The notes beneath the pieces are model-generated. The model searched no databases and was not told the DNA's origin. It was given only the letters and a program-made list of their open reading frames with translations. Below, one piece after another: positions 53,871-64,000 of a stretch of 64,000 bases of DNA. Source of the stretch: the human T2T-CHM13v2.0 reference genome, Homo sapiens; assembly GCF_009914755.1 (NCBI RefSeq), contig NC_060930.1. One strand, given 5' to 3'. Each line of letters starts with the position of its first letter. Within the stretch, counting starts at the first letter, position 1. Made by a program: the position numbers and the translations under genes.

Positions 53871-56800
53871 CTATGTGATCTTCCTCTGTAGGAGTCCTGC
53901 AGCCCTAAATTTGGTGAGCTTTCCTCCAGACAAGTTTGCTGCTGCTTCTGCCTGTCTCCAGCGGCACCTACTGTCTGGAAACAGCCTCAGGACTCTTCAA
54001 CTTTCTGCCTCAATAAAGGCATCTGGTTTCAATCAGTGCTCAGACACACCTGAGGGCAGCTTTGCCTGTGGCACCCACCCACAGGGAACCACAGTCTTCC
54101 CATTTGCCTCTTGCTCCTGGCTTCCAGCTTTGTTCCTAGGGTAGCATGTTTGTTTTGTTTTCTTTGAGTGTGTCTGTGTGTGTTTGAGGGGCATATTTAT
54201 GTCGGGGTGGGTGGGGCGTGATGTGGTGTTATGATTACCTAAGGGTCTTCCTCTACTCTCATGTGGGCTAAAACTGGATGTTCTGCCCGTATATGTACTA
54301 GGGGGGCACCAAGAGCATCTGATTGGCCATGATGCTGGTCGCAGCCATTTAATACTTTCTTATCCTCTATAGATGACAAATGCAGCTTTTGTAGCTGTGA
54401 AGATACAATATATCTGAGGCAAAGCAGGGTTGACTTGTTTTGTTTCATAGAAGTAGGGACATTTCATTCTCCTCATTTTTAAATGTCATGAAAATCTTTG
54501 CAAACATAAAAAACCTTGCAAACAACAATATGTAACAGAAACAAAAACAATGACCAACAGTAGTTTAGAAAGTTATAAAGAAACAGAGGCTTTTTTTTGT
54601 CTTAATAACAATTCTCAAGGACTGCTAATTACCTCTTACATTGTTTTCCTGATTTCTTTGACCTGAATTTTGTTGTAGCATTTATTGCTAGAGTAAAGCA
54701 ATGTTTTTTGCCCCTCCATCTATTCCATTTACTTTAGTTTATTACTTGCCGTTTTTAGTTATTAGATTAGAAGGGTCTGCTTAGTTCACATGTGTCTGTC
54801 TCTTTATATCTTTATCCATCTGGCAGTGGTAACTTAAAAGATTTTGAACTTTGGAACCTTATTAGAAGAGATATACTAAATATTTATATGCATGAATACA
54901 CTAAAAAGTTTAATTCATTATGACACATGTAGTTAATAAATAATAATTTCTAAAATTCTCTTCCTATATTTTTAGAATAATAATAATGAACAAAACTGCT
55001 GTTTTGCTTTCCCCATTTAGAATGACTGCTCCCACGTAGAACTCCAGGTGGCCTTGTCCCTGTGGCATGTTAATTATTATGTAAGAATTGCTATGTTACA
55101 TTTCTCCAAAAGAAAGTTATGGTCTGAGGACCATAAATGAGTGCACTAGGGTCTAAGATATTCCAGGAACTTTACAACTTGTCCTCTTATTTTTGATTTA
55201 GAAGGTCAGTTTTATGTATTCTGGGATCACCAGTGAACTAAGTTCTTTTGATTTTTTTTCATAAGTTTTGCTGATTTGTGTATATTTATTTGACGTTGTA
55301 TTCTCCAGTATGGAAATATTTTCCTAATATCAGTATATATTTTTGTGTGAGAACTACTGAAATGTGACAAATATAAATCATTGCTTTTTGTGGGACAATC
55401 TTATTTTACCAAAGTAACTAGCTATAGTAATTTCATCTGCAGCAAGTCAGAATTTTGTTTATATGAACTTGCTCGCTAAAGGCTACGAGAGTGGCCTAGA
55501 ATAGCTTTTGCTATTATACTTACCATGAATACTGTAGCATGAGCCTTTCTGCCAAATTTCTTGTCTTTTAGAAGCATTGGTTAAGAAGCTTTGGTGAGGA
55601 GTGGCTTTACTGTTTTCATATTGTAAGTCACATGAATCACTCTCCTGTTTACAAATTATGAAGTATATGAAGTACAAAAGCTCATTAATACAAGTGTTTT
55701 GTTTTGTTTTGGTTTATATTGCCATTTATGATTTGATTTTCTAAAGAAATTTTAGGTTTGCAGCAAAATTGATCAGAAAGGGTTCCTATTTACCTGCTGC
55801 TGTCATACATACACAACCCCCCAATATCAACATCTCCCACCAGAGTGGTACATGTGTTGTAAATGATAAACATACACTGACGCATCATCATCTCCCAAAG
55901 TTTGTAGTTTACATTAGGATTTACTGTTTTAGTAGTGTACATTCTGTGGCTTTGGACAAATGTATAATGAATAATATCATAGAGAGTATTTTCACTGCCC
56001 TAAAAATCCTCTATGCTCTGCCTATTGAGTCTCTTCCCACCCCAAGTCCCTGGCAATCATTGATCTTTTTACTGTTTCATTGTTTTGTCTTTTCCAGAAT
56101 GTCATACATTTAGAATTACAGCACTTAGCCTTTTCAGATTTTCTTCTTGCACTTAGTATTATTTATTTAAGTTTCCTTTATGCTTTCTCATAGACATTTC
56201 TTTTTGGAAGTGAATAAATAGTATTTCATTGTCTGGGTGTATAAGGTTTTTTGGTCCATTTACCTACTGAAAAACATCTCTGTTACTTCTAAGCTGCAGC
56301 AATTGAATGAATGAGGGTGCTATAAATATCCAAGTGCAGGTTTTTGTGCAGACATAAGCTTTCAACTCCTTTGGAGAGTGATTGTTGGATTATGTGGACA
56401 GAGTACGTTCAGTTTGTGAAAAACTGACAAATTGTCTGCAAAGTGGTTGTACAATTTTATATTCACATCAGCAGTGAATTTGCCTGTTGCTCCACATCCT
56501 CACCAGCGTTTGATGTCAACAGTGTCCCAGATTTTGGCCACTATAATAGATATATAGTATTATCTCATCATTCTTAATTTGAGTCCCTGATAACAAATGA
56601 TGTGGAGTATCTTCACATGCTTATTTTCCATCAGTGTATCACTTTTGTAAGGTGTCTATTTAGGTCTTATGCACATGAAAATAATCAGGTTTTTTATTTT
56701 CTTATTGTTGAGTTTTAAAAGATTGTCGTATGTTTTGAGTGACAGTCCTTTGAGTGACAGATGTGTCTTTGCAAATATTTTATCCCTGTCTGTGGCTTAT

Positions 56801-57037
56801 CTTCTCATTCTCTTGAATATGTCATTTGCAAAGAAGTTTTTAATTTTAATAAAGTCCAGGTTATCAATCATGTTTTCCAATGGGTCATGCTTTTAGTCAG
56901 TATCTAAAAAGTCATCTTCATAACCAAGTTCTTTCATATGTTTTCCTATGCAATTTTCCAGTTTTATAGTTTTACATTTTACATTTAAGTCTATGATCCA
57001 TTTTTAATTCGTTTGTGTGACAAGTAAAAAGTCAGTC

Positions 57038-57106
57038 TATATATGTATGTGTATATGTGTGTGTGTATATATATATACATAGCATATATATATATATACA
57101 CACACA

Positions 57107-57151
<45 letters not shown>
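57038..57151. repeat. Compound microsatellite ending in pure (AT)21
   Basis: Uninterrupted AT run at 57109-57150. Confidence 0.97.
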
Positions 57152-57152
<1 letters not shown>

Positions 57153-58190
57153 CATATGGATGTCTAGTTGTTCCAGAAACATTTGTTGAAAAGACTATTT
57201 TTTTCTCCATTGTATTGCCTTTGCTTCCTTGTTAAGGATTAATTGACTATATGTGGTTCTAGTTCTAGGCTGTCTATTCTGTAAATTGTTCTATTTGCCA
57301 ATTCTTTTGTCAATACTACACCATCTTGGTTATTGTAGCTTTACCGTTAGTGTTAAGGTCAACTAGTGTCAGTCCTCCGACTTTGCTGTTCTCTTCACTG
57401 TTGTGTTGGCTATTCTGAGTCTTTTGCCTCTCCACACAAATTTTAGAATGCATTTGTTAATATCCACAAAATAACTTGGGATTTTGTTTGAGATTGCATT
57501 GATCTATAAATTATAAAGAAATGACATTTTGACAATATTGCATCTTCCTATCCATGAACATGGAATATCTCTCCATTCTTCTTTGATTTCTTTCATTAGA
57601 GGTTTGTTGTTTTTATCATTCAGATCTAATGCATGTTTTGTCATATCAGATTTATATTAAATATTTCATTTTAGGAGTTGTTAATGTAAATGGTATTGTG
57701 TTTTTAATTTTTAACCCATTGGTATATTGCTGGTCTGTAGGAAAGTGATTGATGTTTATATATTAATCTCATTTCTCATAACTTTAATCACCTGTTAGTC
57801 TTAGAATATTTTTATTGATTTTTTTCAGATATGCTGTATAGATGACCATGTCATCTTGGAGCAACTATAGCTTTATTTCTTCCTTTCCAATGTGTTAATT
57901 TTTATATCCTTTTATTTTCTTATTGCATCAGGTAGGACTCCCAATACAACGTTGAAAAGCAGTAATGAAGAGAGATCTTCTTCCTTATTACTAATCCTGG
58001 CAAGAAAACTTCTAGTGTCTCACCACTAAGCATTTTGTTAGCTGTAGTTTTTTTTTTTTTTAATCAAGTTAAGGAAGTTTCCCTCTATTCCTAATTTGTT
58101 CAGTGTTATTATTTTTTTTATCCTGAATGGATGCTGAATTTTGTCAAATGCTTTTTCTGGATCACTTGAAAACATTATGTGATTTTTCTT

Positions 58191-58491
<301 letters not shown>

Positions 58492-59799
58492 TGATGTTTC
58501 TTCTTTAGTGTGTTGATTACAATAGTTGATTTTGGAATATTGAATCAAACTTGCATGTATGAGATAAATCTCCACTTGGTTGTGGTGTGTAATTCTTTGA
58601 ATATATTATTAGATTTTATTTGCTAATATATGGTTGAGGATTTTTGCATCTATGAGAGATATTAGTCTATAATTTTTATCTTTTTTTTTTCTTCTATGTT
58701 TTTGTCTGGTTTTAGTATTGGGGTAATGCCAGCTTCATAGAATGAATTAGGAAGTATTCCTTCTGCTTCTGCTTCTATATTCTGGAAGAGATTAGTGTCC
58801 ATGGGACATGAGATTAATGTCCATGGGATTTTTACTGATGCCCCCTCTTTCCTTTGTCTCTCTTTTTTCCTCAGTTAGCCTTGCTAGAGGCTTAGTGATT
58901 TTATTGATCTTGTCAAAGAACTAGTTTTTGGTTTTGTTAATTTTCTCTATCAATTTTCTGTTTTCAGTTTCATTAACTTATCCTTTATTTGTTGTTATTT
59001 CTCTTCTCTTCTTACTTTGGACTTTATTTGCTATCCTTTTTCTAGTTGCCTAAGGTGAAAGCTTAGATTATTGATTTTAGATCTTTCTTCTTTTCTAATG
59101 AATGCATTCAGTGTGATAAATTTCTAAGCACTGGTTTTGTGGCAGTTTGTGTTACTTTTGGCGGACTATCCTTGAGGAATATTACCTTGATTCTAAAAAG
59201 TTCATTTGCAAAGTTAAGCCTATTTTTCAGCAGTTGCAGATTTGCATGTCTATACTTATGTGATAACTACTGCTAGAAACAGTGATAACAATCACGTTGA
59301 GTTACAAATTAAGAAAATAGTTTAAGACATGTCTAACATGATGATTCAGCTTATACTAACACTTGCAAATTAAACAAGATTATACTGTAGATGCTACTGT
59401 CAATTGCTAATTTTTTCACAGGAGTTCTTATTTGTTTGCTGGCTATGGAACCAGATCAAAGTGGATTTCTGCTACTCTTAAGAGTTATACAGTCCAAACA
59501 TGCAAGGGTAAGGGTATTTATGTATAAATGTGCTTCTCTGATTTTTATGAAGTTTCAGAAGAATCCTTTCTCGAGCATTCTGACATCACCTACTGAAGTG
59601 ACACCATTTTTTTATGGAAGAGTGGTGTGTCTACGCCAAATTTTATAAAATACATTCTCACCTTCTTAAAATCATACGGAAGAGGAAGTGAGCATAGCCT
59701 GGCGGGGAACAGGGACAGCTTCTGCTTTTCTCCTTTAACACATACTCCTGGTGTGTGATTGCATCAATATTATTTTTTAAAGGCAAAATGTTGGCATAA

Positions 59800-59970
59800 A
59801 GGTTTAAAGAATCACCTGGGGAGTTTGTGAAAATACTGTTTTTTTTTTTTTTTTTTTTTTTTCGGCCCAGCTCCAGGTCAATTAAATGAAAATCTCTATG
59901 GGTGAGGACTTAGGAGTCATTACATACAAACTCCAGAGTAATTCTAAAGTGCAGTTAGTTGAAGAGCACT
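59800..59970. mobile_element. MER5-like hAT MITE containing a T24 run (59839-59862)
   Basis: agaatcacctggggagtttgtgaaaatac...aatctct...aattctaaagtgcag...gttgaagagcact. Confidence 0.7.
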
Positions 59971-61677
59971 TCATTATAAGAATTAGTATAAAAGTAGCAG
60001 TCTGTTTAAAACTCAGTTGAAATTCTTGGTTAGTTTTTTGAGATGCTTATAAAGATTATTAAAAATTTGGACATATTTATATGCTGCTTTCCTACCAATC
60101 GATGACATAGGTCTCCCCAATTTTTTCCTGTCCTGCCCTCAAACTTACTCCACCTGATGTAAGAAACTGACTCTGCTTCTCCAAAAAAAAAAAAAATAGT
60201 ATATGATCCAAGGAATATTCTGGTTCGTATAGTGCTATGGGTCTTTTGAGTTCTTTTGGCTTGTAACCTTAAGTGATTTAATGTGAAGTTAACACATTAG
60301 TCTGTCCAGGGTAAATGGAAGTAAAATGGAAGTAGTGCTTATTGGTTGCAAGTGTAATTACTAATGAGCACAGGTAAATCTGGCAGAGATTGAAAAACAC
60401 ATTTTTATTCTCTAACTTATAAAATTATTCTAAAGTTACTTGGAGTATTTCTTTGTACAGAATTTACTACTGTTAATTTCATATATGCTGGGTATTTCTC
60501 ATATTATTTCCTATCACAGCAAGTAATGTGTAATGTCTATTTAAAGTGACAATATAAAAATATGAGGAAAGTAAGTCTCACAAGCATAGCAGATCTTGGC
60601 ATGAAAATTATAACATCTTCATTGACAAGAGATGTGACTGACTAGTCAAAGAGGATGCCAATTTTAATATGAAACGAAATGAAACGAAAGTCTAAAAGAA
60701 AGTATAAAGGACATAATATATAGATGAGGTTTTATCTCATTAAGAAATGTCTATCTTTTATTCTTAGCAAAAGAGATGATTGTTCTACTGGGCCTATTTT
60801 GAATTATTGATTTTATTCATTACAGGTTTTCTTGTGTTTATCTTTCACCCTCAATTAAGGTTTAAGCCTCTGAAAAACTCTTCAAAGCTTATTGCTGTTG
60901 TTTGAGAACATTTTTCCCCAGGTATATTTTCTTTACTTTGAAACATTTTTTTTTCTATGACTTCTGAATATAAAGCAAAAGTAAATGGGCACACAAGAGA
61001 AAATATGAATACTGGACTAATTATATACCTGTGTATTTTGTGAAGCTGACACTATTCAATAACCTAAAACCTAATGAACTTTTCCCATGATTGAAACTTT
61101 CAATTATTCACTCATGGTTACATTGGTACTTAAACATTTCAGTTATTGCCACAGCTTATTAGAATGTAAATGAAGACCAAAGATTGAATTAGCAAATCAG
61201 GACCTGATTAAGTCAGGATTAGTTTACACAGATTTTCTTGCAGATGTCAGTTTCTCCTCTCAGGCACTAACGATATACATCACATCAAAGCAACTCTATT
61301 ATTCACAAAATCTTCATCTGGGCTTTTAGCAGTACTAGATGTGCATGTACACGGATTCATAATACGGACAGTTCTGCCAGTTGCTACTAGTCAACAAGAG
61401 ATTCAAAGTTTGTATAAATAATGTTCCTGGAATAAAGGCTTGTTAATGTTTGATTGCAGTTTCATTGTTTCTAACACTTCTCATTAGTACTGTCACATTT
61501 GCTTCCCAGAATAAACTCGCCACACTGCAGTTCACCAAACTGGGTTGTATGACTATATTGGAGAGAACTTAATGAATTGGTCAAGCTCTTTCAGATGACT
61601 AGCCTAGGTTAATTAACTTTTCCAAGTAAAACAAACATTTAAAACTAAAAACAGTATTTTTAATTAGTATCTTTGTA

Positions 61678-64000
<2,323 letters not shown>

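Noticed and set aside
54295-54310. CTCF-like gtactaggggggcacc
   Set aside because: One extra G and missing 5' CC make it a poor match
59839-59862. T24 run as an orphan poly-A retro-insertion
   Set aside because: No TSD seen; slippage expansion within MER5 is simpler

Overview
AT-rich, CpG-poor simian primate (human-like) genomic DNA, probably intergenic or deep intronic. I estimate by eye that well over half is interspersed repeat: L1 of many ages (L1PA, L1MA, L1MC/MD/ME), six Alus, MaLR/ERVL/ERV1 LTRs (MST, THE1, MLT1, MLT2), hAT MITEs, L2/MIR remnants and microsatellites. I found no recognisable host protein-coding gene, RNA gene, CRISPR array or CpG island. The longest ORFs are decayed L1 ORF2 pieces or artefacts of Alu, LTR and microsatellite sequence. 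I see no evidence for a new multi-gene biological system. The notable structures are retrotransposition events. (1) A TSD-bounded L1 3' transduction of about 390 bp of non-L1 DNA (9734-10334). (2) A 1.7 kb L1MA-type element with both true ends and three internal joins, the first apparently at splice sites, plus an appended older-L1 tail (5212-6964). (3) Two twin-primed (5'-inverted) L1s, one at each window edge. (4) A possible ancient two-LTR ERVL-class remnant. (5) Several templated-insertion or hairpin scars at deletion junctions. Subfamily names and consensus comparisons come from my memory of repeat consensus sequences and need RepeatMasker/Dfam confirmation. Boundaries of old elements are approximate.
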